In this document: one piece after another, positions 1 through 8,646 of the stretch
Layout of the letters: the number at the start of each line of letters is the position of its first letter
Position numbering within the stretch: position 1 is the first letter of the stretch
IMG/VR virus record: IMGVR_UViG_3300048623_000041
Span: 1-63,287 of that record
DNA length: 63,287 bases
Strand: one strand, 5' to 3'
DNA from: a virus
Translations under genes and position numbers: made by a program
The notes under the pieces: generated by a model
Seen by the model: the letters and a program-made list of their open reading frames with translations, nothing else
Told to the model about the DNA's origin: nothing
Databases searched by the model: none

Positions 1-127
1 CGTGCTCGAAAGCGCCGGGGCCGTCCGCGAGCAGGAGGCGACGACGACGCCGCCGGATCCGCCATTGCCGCGATAATCGCCGCCGCTGTACCCGGCAGGA
101 TAGAAAGAGACCGCGTTACCGCCGTTG
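1..127. repeat. Exact 127-bp terminal overlap (identical to 63161..63287), marking a circular contig
   Basis: Read directly: bases 1-127 equal 63161-63287 base for base. This looks like the k-mer overlap of a circularised assembly. Unique length is 63,160 bp. Confidence 0.95.
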
Positions 128-1662
128 TTGAGGCCGAGCAGCGCCATGAGGATGCAGTCGAGCGGTCCGCCCGCGATCGTCAGCGGCGGTGGATCGGCGG
201 CGGCGCTGAGGCCGCTGCTGAACGCCATCTGCGCATTGAGCAGCGACGGACCCGAGACCGCGATCATCGCGCACGCAAATTGCTGCGCGGTGTCCGAGAC
301 GATCGTCGGGGCCGCGACATGGTCGGTTTCGGCAACGGCGTCCCGGCGGAAGATCGCGAGCTTGACGTTGGTGCTTTGTGACGCGGCATTGAGGCCCGGC
401 CAGCCGCCGGCGGGAACCGACATCAGCGGGGCATTGTCGGCGACCACGACCATGAACAGCGTGTCGCCCGGCTGGTGCGCGACCATGGCCGGTGTGAAGC
501 TGGTGCTGTCCGTGGTCGAACTGGCCGAGAGTGCTACCCCGCGCAGGGCAAGTGCCGCGGTCGTCCGGAAGCCATCGGCGCTGATCACCGCACTGTCGTT
601 GTTCGCGGCGTCGCGGTGCAGGAAATGCGTGTAATATTGGGTGTCGGCGGTCAGACCGGTCGGGGTGACGGTCTTGACGCCGATCGTGGTGATCGCGACC
701 GAACCGCTGGCGCTCGCCGCAGCACCCAGTTCGTTCTGCCCGGCCCGGATCTGCGCTCCTCCGGGCGCGGTCGGCGAGGTCGTCACCACCCACCAGAGCG
801 TGCCATTGGCCTCGTCAGTCGTGACCGATGCGGTCGCCGTCGTCTGGCCGGTCGCGGCATCGGTGGCGCCACTGAGGGTGGGCGCGATCGTGTCGACCGG
901 GGCGCCGCCGCTGTCGATCACGAGGCTGCGGTGCGTGAACTCATAGAGGTCCATCGTGGAGCGGCCACGAATTCCGGGCGCGCCGAGATCGATCAGCGGG
1001 TCGACATCGACGCCGGAGACGATGAGTACGTCGTCGACGAACACCGAAAGCGTGTAGCTGTCGTCGCCATTGTCGAGCAGCCGGAAGCGCATGGTCTTCT
1101 CGGTGTTGATCGGGAAATAGCTCGAGGCGCCAAGGCTCGATTGCGCGAGCGTGGTCTCGACCCCGGCCTGGCAGCGGTTGATCGTCAGCCGGTTCGGTGA
1201 ACCGATCGAGATGAAGCAGTCGTAGCGGGTGCCGGTCGAGAAATCGCCGACGGCCTGCAGGATCAGTCCGCAACTGGAGTTGCTGTAGCTCGAATAGCGG
1301 AACCGGGCGAGGCACTCCTGATTGACCGGCTCCGACCCCTCCAGAAGGAAGGGGTTGCCGATCTCGTCCTGAAGGATCGAGCCGTCTTCAAGCTGGACCT
1401 CGTCGCCGATCTGGTCGCAGACGTAGAACCCCGTGGCACTGCCGGCGCCGGTGATGCGCGGCGGTGTCCCGGCCTTGACCGTGAGCAGGTTGGTGGCGAT
1501 GTTGCGCCAGCTTCCGCCGGGTCCGGGAAAGAGCGCGCGCCCGGCAAGGTCCGCGCGATCGGCAACGACATTGGTCAGCTGCTCGAGCGCGTAGATCGTG
1601 AACGGATTCGGGGGCGCGATGACCCCGCCGCCTCGTCTGCCGATGAGGCCCATCATCTTCAT
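1..1662 (-). CDS. Tail-fibre-like protein: first 554 codons of a junction-spanning gene (575 aa on the circle)
   Basis: Own translation. ATG 1662-1660 (MKMMGLIGRRGGGV...) lies 4 nt after the stop of 1667..2392. The frame stays open to base 1 and continues from 63160 to TGA 63097-63095. It is missing from the ORF track because this end has no stop. It has a ConA/LamG-like stretch (aa ~115-250) and an FN3-like stretch (aa ~258-367). Confidence 0.8.
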   Translation of the reverse strand, partial: MKMMGLIGRRGGGVIAPPNPFTIYALEQLTNVVADRADLAGRALFPGPGGSWRNIATNLLTVKAGTPPRITGAGSATGFYVCDQIGDEVQLEDGSILQDEIGNPFLLEGSEPVNQECLARFRYSSYSNSSCGLILQAVGDFSTGTRYDCFISIGSPNRLTINRCQAGVETTLAQSSLGASSYFPINTEKTMRFRLLDNGDDSYTLSVFVDDVLIVSGVDVDPLIDLGAPGIRGRSTMDLYEFTHRSLVIDSGGAPVDTIAPTLSGATDAATGQTTATASVTTDEANGTLWWVVTTSPTAPGGAQIRAGQNELGAAASASGSVAITTIGVKTVTPTGLTADTQYYTHFLHRDAANNDSAVISADGFRTTAALALRGVALSASSTTDSTSFTPAMVAHQPGDTLFMVVVADNAPLMSVPAGGWPGLNAASQSTNVKLAIFRRDAVAETDHVAAPTIVSDTAQQFACAMIAVSGPSLLNAQMAFSSGLSAAADPPPLTIAGGPLDCILMALLGLNNGGNAVSFYPAGYSGGDYRGNGGSGGVVVASCSRTAPALSST

Positions 1663-1666
1663 CGGA

Positions 1667-2392
1667 TCAGGCCGTGCGGGTCCGGAAGAAGGCCTTGACG
1701 ATCACCCCGGCCACAGCCGAGCTCGGCATCTTGACGTTCCAGGCCTTGTTGGCGACCGCCTGTTCGCAGATGGCTCCGCTGTCGATCCAGCCTTCCTGCG
1801 CGCCCGCAGCGATCACGAGCTCGTCGACGACAGTGGTGTCATCGAGGATCTGCACCACCACGGTTGATCCCGGGGCCGGATTGAAGACCTTCCAGCCGAT
1901 GAGATCGTAGAACACCCCAGCCCCGCCCGCCGCCTGAATCAGCTGCGCGTTGGTATTGTTGTTCATCGCAAGCCGCGGCGATTTCGGGCCGAGCGGTGAG
2001 GCATAGACCGGCTGGCTCGCGGTCAGATCGACGGGCTCGCCACCCTCGTCCATGATGAGCGCGCGTAACGCACCGTTGGTGTCGGCGCTCAGCGGATTGT
2101 TGCTGCTGCCTTCGACATAGCTCGGGGCATCGGCCGTGGCCTTGGTGCCGTAGGCGGTGAGGATGCCCGCCAGCGCCGCGACGCCGGTGTTGAGGGTGCC
2201 AAGCAGGGCAAAGGCCTCGCTGTCGATCGAGAAGCTGAGGGTGTCTGCTTCCGATGCGCGGCCGACCGGAAAGGGATCGCCGGTGTCCGGGTGTCCGATC
2301 AGCGGGATCGCCGAGAAGATGTTGGCGGCGACCTCCTTCATGCGGGCGAAGAAGCTGCCGCCTACCTTTGGAAGTTGAACGTTGTCGGCCAT
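1667..2392 (-). CDS. Hypothetical virion protein in the fibre cluster
   Basis: 241-aa ORF with protein-like composition, tightly packed between neighbouring minus-strand genes. Confidence 0.6.
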   Translation of the reverse strand: MADNVQLPKVGGSFFARMKEVAANIFSAIPLIGHPDTGDPFPVGRASEADTLSFSIDSEAFALLGTLNTGVAALAGILTAYGTKATADAPSYVEGSSNNPLSADTNGALRALIMDEGGEPVDLTASQPVYASPLGPKSPRLAMNNNTNAQLIQAAGGAGVFYDLIGWKVFNPAPGSTVVVQILDDTTVVDELVIAAGAQEGWIDSGAICEQAVANKAWNVKMPSSAVAGVIVKAFFRTRTA

Positions 2393-2402
2393 GTCTGCCC
2401 CC

Positions 2403-2858
2403 CTAGATCGCGCCTATTACGAGATAGCTCGCGGTGAAATCATCGCCCCCGGCATCGTCCGTGGTGAAGCCGGCGGTCACGATGTTGCTGTCGAGGCCGT
2501 CGCCGTCGCGGTGGACGACGTGCAGCCAGTAGGCGGTGCCCCCGATCAGCCCTGACGACAGCGCAAGCGCCTGCTCGCCGGAACCGACGACAGCCTGCTC
2601 GCCGTCCCATGCGGCGGCCGAGCCGGTGTGATCCTGGCCGTTCCTGATCTGGGTTGCGGTCGGAGCCGATGCCGAGGTGGTGACGACCCAGAAGAGATCG
2701 CCGCCGGATTGGTCGGTGTCGACCGTCGCGGTAAAGCCGTCGGTGCCATCGCCGGATGCGACGAGATTGGAGAGCGTCGGCGCGCCGGGAATACCGCCGG
2801 GTGGCCCTGAGCCGCCTGCCAGTGTGCTGGTGAGAAAGGCGAACCAGCGCCGGAACAT
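2403..2858 (-). CDS. Small fibre-associated protein with an FN3-like domain
   Basis: 151-aa ORF. Its ATG overlaps the upstream stop. aa 27-135 resemble the FN3-like stretch of the junction-spanning fibre gene (LFWVVTTSASAPTATQIRNGQ vs LWWVVTTSPTAPGGAQIRAGQ). Confidence 0.6.
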   Translation of the reverse strand: MFRRWFAFLTSTLAGGSGPPGGIPGAPTLSNLVASGDGTDGFTATVDTDQSGGDLFWVVTTSASAPTATQIRNGQDHTGSAAAWDGEQAVVGSGEQALALSSGLIGGTAYWLHVVHRDGDGLDSNIVTAGFTTDDAGGDDFTASYLVIGAI

Positions 2859-3259
2859 CAGATGTAATTTCCTTCAAGGAACCAGACGTTGCGGCTGACG
2901 CGCTTGGCCATGATCCCGGCGAGGAAACCGTTGGTGGTGCCGGCGCTGGCGTCGGCCTTGAGGATGGTGACGCCCGCGGCCGCGACGAAGGTGACCGCTC
3001 CCGCTGCGGCCTGGATGACCGAGAACTCGGCAAATTCCGGGAACTGCTGCGTATCCTCATTGGGGATGGTGACGGCGACGCTCGATGCGCTGGACGTCAT
3101 CAGGATGATGCCAAGATCACTGACGTCGAAGGTGTGCGCGGTGCCGGCAAGCCCTTCGATCGGCGTGAACAGCGGTGCCACATCGAGCTTGCGCTGCGCA
3201 TCGGTGCGCTCTGCCCCGGTGAGGGTGTCGAACCAGCGCCCGAAGATAGACTGTCCCAT
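2858..3259 (-). CDS. Hypothetical fibre-cluster protein
   Basis: 133-aa ORF with plausible composition. Its stop overlaps the next start. Confidence 0.55.
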   Translation of the reverse strand: MGQSIFGRWFDTLTGAERTDAQRKLDVAPLFTPIEGLAGTAHTFDVSDLGIILMTSSASSVAVTIPNEDTQQFPEFAEFSVIQAAAGAVTFVAAAGVTILKADASAGTTNGFLAGIMAKRVSRNVWFLEGNYI

Positions 3260-3269
3260 GTCGTTCTCC

Positions 3270-5351
3270 TCAGACGATCGTCAGCGCCGCGGTCGCAAGC
3301 GTCGGGTAGCCGACGTCGCAGACGGCGCTGCCGTTCTTGGTGATGGTGTAGCGTCGCATCTCGCGGTCGACGGTGATGGTCGCGTCGTCGGTGACGGTGG
3401 CGCCGATCGTGACATTGCCCTTGGAGCCGCTGAGATCGATGATCCCGCCCTTCATCTTCTCGAGGTTGGCCGCCGTCAGCGTCGTCGGGAATCCGCTCGA
3501 CCCAGTGCGCTCGGTGGCGGCGGTGCCATCGTCGCTGTCGGTGTTGAAGCTGAGCAGCGTCCCCATCTGGATCGCGTAGCGGCCGAGGTGGGCGCCATAG
3601 GGGTAGTAGTTGTTCACCACCGATCCGCCGACGTGCACGCCTTCGGTCGTAACGACGTCCGAGGCGCTGAACTGGAAACCGCCGGCGTCGTTGATCCGGC
3701 CGAGATAGACCAGCGCATGCGTTGCCCCGCCCCCGGTATTCTCGTTCGCCCAGTCCTTGACGTGAATCTGGCCCGCCATGTGGCGGCAGGAGAGAAACAC
3801 GAACTTGCCGTAGCCATGGACGAAGCGGAGATTGTTCGCGGTGAAGGTGTCGGTGCCGTAGCGCTTCGACGTGCCTGAGGAGCTGAACTGGCTGCCGACC
3901 CATAGGGCATTGATGCCGTTGACCGAGCGGCATTCTCCGCTGAGCGTCGTGGCCTTGCCGTTGCGGATCAGGATCGCCGGGAGATCGGTCCCCATGTCGT
4001 TGTTGGTGCGGCTGAACGGGTCGTCGCGGCCCTCGCAGTCCATGTCGACGTGGACCGAGGTGTCGACCCCGTGATGCTCGCCGTAGAACTGCATGACGTT
4101 CGCGAGGTGGAGCCGGACGCGCAGGGTGTCGGCAGACGAGCCGTTGAGCAGATAGGCACCGATGCCGCTGTAGATGCCCCTGATCGTGAGGCTGTGCTTC
4201 TCGGACGGCCCCTGAATGCCGGTCCCGATGTAGCAGTAATTGGTGACATATTCATATTCGGCGTTGGGGCTGTCGTCGGCTTCGTGGCGGATGCCGATGC
4301 AGCTTGGCGGCGTCGTCCAGTCGCTGTTGCCATCGCCCCATACGACCACCCTGGAGCGCATCAGATCCTTGTTCGAGCCATTCGAGCCGCCGCGCACGAT
4401 GATACCGAGGCGCTTGACCTTGCCGTTCCAGAGCAGGATGTCCTGCGTCGTGATGTTCGCCTGCGCCGGCAGCGCCGCCGTGCTCGGGCTGTAGAAGCAA
4501 TAATGGGTGCCATTGCCCGCGGTGGCCGAGTTGATGCTGGCCCCGCCAGAGGTCGTCGACAGCTCGAACGTGTCGGTGGCCGGATTGCGCACGAAATATT
4601 TGGTGAGATAGGCCAGCCCGCCGGGAAGTTTGCCGGTCGAACCCAGCATGATCTCCTTGTTGGCGGCGAAGCCATGCCCGGTCTGAGTGACGACGACGGG
4701 CGTGCCCGGGGCGATCGTGCAGACGGCGTTGGCCTGCGCGGCGGTGAAGAAGGTCGATGGCCCGACGGTGGCGCCATTGGGGGCGTGCGTGCCGCCCTGG
4801 AAGCGCAGCTGCGACAGATCGCCATAGGCGCGATCGAGGAACACGGTCTCGGTGCACGACAGCACGCCGCTGCCCGTGATCTCGACCTTCATCGACTTCG
4901 AATAGGCGATGATCTCGGCGAAGCGCGTGTGCCAGCCGGTGACGGTCTCGACGCAACGGATGCCGCAGTGCTTGATGTCGAGCTTGTTGCCGGCGAGCCT
5001 GACGGCGAAGCGATGCCAGAGGCCTTCGAGAATAGGCCCGGTGGCGCCGCCGTTGGTGAAGGTGCCGACATTGCCGCCATAGGCCGAGACCCTGACCTCG
5101 ACGACGCGGAGACTCGGACCGGAGCCGGGATCGTTGCTGCCGTTGAAATAGTCGGTTGTGACCAGATCGCCGACCGCGAACGCCGCTGCCACCTGATGCA
5201 GGGCGCTCTCGTCGTCGGCCTGCGCCGCATATTTGTAGTGGCGGGTGATGACCGGACGGCGCGCCCGGCCATTGGTCGCACCCCGGGCGAGCAGGAAGTC
5301 CTCGTCCCCGGCCAGTCGCGTGCTCAGTGTCTGTTCGGATATCTTGCCCAT
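3270..5351 (-). CDS. Tailspike-like protein, probable parallel beta-helix
   Basis: ORF 3270..5408 trimmed to ATG 5351 (MGKISEQTLSTRLAGDEDFLL...), 4 nt after the upstream stop. It contains repetitive G/N/V-rich rungs typical of beta-helix spikes. The fold call is from pattern only. Confidence 0.6.
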   Translation of the reverse strand: MGKISEQTLSTRLAGDEDFLLARGATNGRARRPVITRHYKYAAQADDESALHQVAAAFAVGDLVTTDYFNGSNDPGSGPSLRVVEVRVSAYGGNVGTFTNGGATGPILEGLWHRFAVRLAGNKLDIKHCGIRCVETVTGWHTRFAEIIAYSKSMKVEITGSGVLSCTETVFLDRAYGDLSQLRFQGGTHAPNGATVGPSTFFTAAQANAVCTIAPGTPVVVTQTGHGFAANKEIMLGSTGKLPGGLAYLTKYFVRNPATDTFELSTTSGGASINSATAGNGTHYCFYSPSTAALPAQANITTQDILLWNGKVKRLGIIVRGGSNGSNKDLMRSRVVVWGDGNSDWTTPPSCIGIRHEADDSPNAEYEYVTNYCYIGTGIQGPSEKHSLTIRGIYSGIGAYLLNGSSADTLRVRLHLANVMQFYGEHHGVDTSVHVDMDCEGRDDPFSRTNNDMGTDLPAILIRNGKATTLSGECRSVNGINALWVGSQFSSSGTSKRYGTDTFTANNLRFVHGYGKFVFLSCRHMAGQIHVKDWANENTGGGATHALVYLGRINDAGGFQFSASDVVTTEGVHVGGSVVNNYYPYGAHLGRYAIQMGTLLSFNTDSDDGTAATERTGSSGFPTTLTAANLEKMKGGIIDLSGSKGNVTIGATVTDDATITVDREMRRYTITKNGSAVCDVGYPTLATAALTIV

Positions 5352-5355
5352 GGGA

Positions 5356-7065
5356 TCAAACCACCGTGTAGGGCCCGGCGCGCGCCGTAACGGGCGAGCC
5401 GATGCCATTGTTGAGGGTGATATCGAGCCAGAGGAACTTGCCCGCCGTGAGGCCCGAGGCGACCCACGACCAGGTCGAGCCCGAGAGCGTCGTCATCAGC
5501 GTGCCAGCGCCTTCGACGGCGTCGGCGCCGCTGTTTGTGTCGGTCTGGTAGATCTTGCGGGTCGCGAACGCCGTGTCGCTGAAGCCGCCGCCGGACCAGT
5601 GGCCGGTTTCGGCGCGGATCGTGGAGCCGTTGGAGAAGGTGCCGGTCAGACGCTGGACATAGTTGGCGGCAAAGATTGTCGAGGCCTTCCAGATCGGGCA
5701 GGGCTGCGCGCGGGCAACCGTATAGAGCTCGATGAGGTTGAGGTGGTCGACCGTGATCTCGATATCGAGCGTCGACGCGAATCCCCGGAAGGTGATCAGC
5801 GGCTTGGTCGCCATCGGCCCGGCCGAGCCATAGGTCGCAAAGGGCTGGCCGACGTGGAAGGCATCGACCGCGCGGCCCACGCCAGTGTTGAGCGAGGCCG
5901 AGGCGTCGCTGGCGCTGCCGAGCGTGCCGAAGGTGCCCCACACCAGCGAATAGGCCATGAGCCCGAGCGGCGAGCCGCCAGCACCATCGTCGAGCTTGAT
6001 CGCCACCATCGGCGAGAAGTAGCGACCGGGCGTGGACCCCGTTGCCGAGACGTTGGACGTCGTATCGATCAGGACCGTCTGGGTCGCAGCCGGCACGCCC
6101 GAGATGACGGCCTTGGCCTGCTTGTAGGTCGTCTGATCGACGATCGACGCAGCGACCGCCATGCTCGAGCCATTGGCGAGGTTGTTGGTGAGGATCTTGC
6201 CGGTCGGCCACTGGCCGGTCGGGGTGACGCCCGAGCCGTTGAGCGTGCCGGTCGTGCCGCCGCTGAGCAGGGTGTTGCTGTCGAAATTGGTTCCCAGCGT
6301 CGCGATATAGGTCAGAACCTCGGCGCGGGTCGCGGGAACGACCAGTGCACTTACGACATCGTAGAGGCCCGGATTTGTGCCATTCCCGAAGGCGAGCTGG
6401 CGCGCGCCGCGATCGTCGGGATGGACCTTGCTGCTGTCGCTGGAGGGCGAGAGGTTGGCGGCGTTCGAATAGTTGTAGAGCGGATAGGCATCCCAGACGG
6501 TGATACGCGGGTCGGACGCGGCCTTGCCGGTGAGATAGGCCTTCTGGATGACGTTGACGGCGGCAGAATAGGTGCTTTCGCCCGATGCGGTCGAGCCGAT
6601 CGTGGTTGAGAGCACGATGCGGATGTGATTGCCCGCCGGGATGCCGGACAGGAAGAGATCGACCAGCGCCTTCCACGCGTTCATCAAGGCAATGCCCGGC
6701 GCGCCAGCCGGGTCTGTGGTCATGATCGCGTCGTTGTGGCCGAACGATGTGAGCACGGCGATGTGATTGGCGGTGCCGACCTGCCCCGTCGCATAGGGCA
6801 TGCGCGTGGTCATCAGCGCCGCGCTGTCGCCGGAGCGGCACATGTTGTGCATCTCGCTCGGTATGACCCGGCCGGACATCTCGATCAGGGCGCGCGTGAT
6901 CGTGTTGCGCGAACCGCCCGCAGCACCCTCGCTCATCACGCCGTCGCCGATCACGGTGAACAGCGGGCTCAAGGGAAGCGGCGGCAGCGTCGAGACCGGG
7001 ACAGGTGCCCGGCCCATCATCCCGAACCGCCCGCCCATCCTGCCGAAGGTCGGCAGGGACCGCAT
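5356..7065 (-). CDS. Tail-associated protein with an SGNH/GDSL-like hydrolase N-domain (degenerate motifs)
   Basis: ORF 5356..7200 trimmed to ATG 7065, which overlaps the upstream TGA by 1 nt. Motifs: block I-like FTVIGDGVMSEG, block III SFGHND, block V-like KVHPDD. A long beta-rich C-terminal part follows. Confidence 0.55.
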   Translation of the reverse strand: MRSLPTFGRMGGRFGMMGRAPVPVSTLPPLPLSPLFTVIGDGVMSEGAAGGSRNTITRALIEMSGRVIPSEMHNMCRSGDSAALMTTRMPYATGQVGTANHIAVLTSFGHNDAIMTTDPAGAPGIALMNAWKALVDLFLSGIPAGNHIRIVLSTTIGSTASGESTYSAAVNVIQKAYLTGKAASDPRITVWDAYPLYNYSNAANLSPSSDSSKVHPDDRGARQLAFGNGTNPGLYDVVSALVVPATRAEVLTYIATLGTNFDSNTLLSGGTTGTLNGSGVTPTGQWPTGKILTNNLANGSSMAVAASIVDQTTYKQAKAVISGVPAATQTVLIDTTSNVSATGSTPGRYFSPMVAIKLDDGAGGSPLGLMAYSLVWGTFGTLGSASDASASLNTGVGRAVDAFHVGQPFATYGSAGPMATKPLITFRGFASTLDIEITVDHLNLIELYTVARAQPCPIWKASTIFAANYVQRLTGTFSNGSTIRAETGHWSGGGFSDTAFATRKIYQTDTNSGADAVEGAGTLMTTLSGSTWSWVASGLTAGKFLWLDITLNNGIGSPVTARAGPYTVV

Positions 7066-7349
7066 CAGGCGAGCGCCAGGTAGTTGAGGCGTCCGACCTC
7101 GAACCATTCCACCGAACCGGCGGGCAGCAACCTGCCGTTGCTCGTGGCAGTGGTGTCCATCGCGACGTAGTGCGCTTCGATCACGGCCACACGCAGGCAC
7201 TTGGTCGACGTGTCAGGCGCATCGGCCTGCGCCGTGCTGGTGGTGCTGGTGTAGGTCTTGCCGGTGACGCGGCGCGCCGGGTTCATCGGCACAACATTGC
7301 CGTCGACGCACGGCAGGCGGTCGTATTCAACGACGTTGATCGTCCCCAA
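7065..7349 (-). CDS. Small hypothetical virion protein
   Basis: 94-aa ORF with a TTG start. GGGGGA lies 9 nt upstream, directly after the terL N-half. Confidence 0.5.
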   Translation of the reverse strand: MGTINVVEYDRLPCVDGNVVPMNPARRVTGKTYTSTTSTAQADAPDTSTKCLRVAVIEAHYVAMDTTATSNGRLLPAGSVEWFEVGRLNYLALA

Positions 7350-7365
7350 GGCTCAGTCCCCCAAC

Positions 7366-8190
7366 TCAGCCGGGGCGCATGTCCCCTGGCAGAAATTGCA
7401 GAACCACTTCAGTCAAGCCCTGGAGCGGCGTGAATGTCAGGATCAGGATACCACGGGTGGTGGCGAGCCGGATCAGACACTCACCATATACGTCGAGAGG
7501 CACCTCCTCGTCCAGCCATATGATCTCCTTGGCCGTGCCCTCGAACGCTTTTCGGCCTTGCTCGTACGACTTGATCCCAAGGATTGACCAACCGCCGGTC
7601 TTGTGGCGGATCGGCACGGTGTCGACGAGGTTGGCGACACCCTGCTTCCAGGAGATGCCATCGATGTCGATGCAGTCGCGCGGGATCAGGCCGGAGCCAT
7701 CAACGATCTTGCGATTGTTCGCGAACCCGATCTCGCCAAGCAGTTCCTTCTGAACCGTGTCGCGCGTCGTCTCGTTCCGGGCGCCGGCCGCCCAGACGCG
7801 GACGGGCTTGCGGAACTGCCTGCCCTCCCACCATGGGCGATACTGCCCGGTCAGGTGGCTTGCGACCTCCCAGGCCCCCGCTACCGATTTTCCGATTCTG
7901 TTGGCGGCAAGGAAGCATCTTTCCCGATAGAGCTTCCCGGCCGTGAAGTGCTCCATGTGCTTCGGGTAAGCTTGCCGGCTGAGCGGCCCGTCCTCGGGAA
8001 ACAGATCATAGAACCGGTTGAACCGCGCCCGCTCCTCGTCAGCGAGGATGTCCGCCAGCAGCGCCTCGGCCTCGGCATCCGACAACGTGGCGAAGATCTG
8101 CGTCGGGTCGAACTTGTCGGGGTCGAAGCCGGGCTGCGCGCGGAGTTTCGCGGCTAGGTTATCGAGGAGGGACATCTGGCATGCGCACAA
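7366..8190 (-). CDS. terL: Terminase large subunit, N-terminal ATPase half only
   Basis: Walker A AANRIGKS, Walker B IIWLDEE, TFTP motif. The ORF ends ...VVLQFLPGDMRPG at TGA 7368-7366 and has no nuclease domain. The start may be ATG 8175 (MSLLDNL). Confidence 0.85.
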   Translation of the reverse strand: MCACQMSLLDNLAAKLRAQPGFDPDKFDPTQIFATLSDAEAEALLADILADEERARFNRFYDLFPEDGPLSRQAYPKHMEHFTAGKLYRERCFLAANRIGKSVAGAWEVASHLTGQYRPWWEGRQFRKPVRVWAAGARNETTRDTVQKELLGEIGFANNRKIVDGSGLIPRDCIDIDGISWKQGVANLVDTVPIRHKTGGWSILGIKSYEQGRKAFEGTAKEIIWLDEEVPLDVYGECLIRLATTRGILILTFTPLQGLTEVVLQFLPGDMRPG

Positions 8191-8334
8191 AGTCGGGATG
8201 CGGAAGCACGCCTTCCTTAACGCCAGCGTCGTAGAGGGTCTGGGGCACGATTACCGGCCTATAGTCGAGTTGGTGATCCTTGATCAACGTCACGATGGCG
8301 TGGACTATTTTCACGCGATTGCTTGCGAAGACCG

Positions 8335-8646
8335 TCACTGCTCGGTCTCCAAATTCACCGTCAGCCGCACCGTTACCGGATCAATGCGCTGCTGCACGAT
8401 ATCCTCCAGCGTTTCGTTCGGCATGACGTGCACGGTCAGGTCATGCATCCGCACGATCCACTCGCCGGGCTCAAGCGGAATCGGGTAGCTGCCGTCTTCG
8501 GACAGCAGGGCGACCATGTGCCCGGCCTTGGGGTGATAGCTCTCGTCCAGATATCCGCCCTTGCGCATGTCGACGAGCCAAGCAGGCATGAATTCCCACG
8601 CCCAGGCGTCGGGGGTGACGCGGATGGCTTCGATTTGCTCGGTCAT
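8335..8646 (-). CDS. Hypothetical protein
   Basis: 103-aa ORF overlapping the TerS-like stop by 4 nt. Confidence 0.55.
   Translation of the reverse strand: MTEQIEAIRVTPDAWAWEFMPAWLVDMRKGGYLDESYHPKAGHMVALLSEDGSYPIPLEPGEWIVRMHDLTVHVMPNETLEDIVQQRIDPVTVRLTVNLETEQ

Noticed and set aside
7350-7368. Shared GT(T/G)GGGG at both terL break points as a target-site duplication or recombination core.
   Set aside because: Only ~7 nt in GC-rich DNA, easily due to chance. Recombining them would still leave a stop codon. I kept it only as a note in the terL finding.
8159-8314. Possible 51-aa ORF (GTG start) in the 145-nt gap upstream of the terL N-half.
   Set aside because: It is only an open frame, with no motif and no clear RBS. 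The evidence is too thin to annotate.
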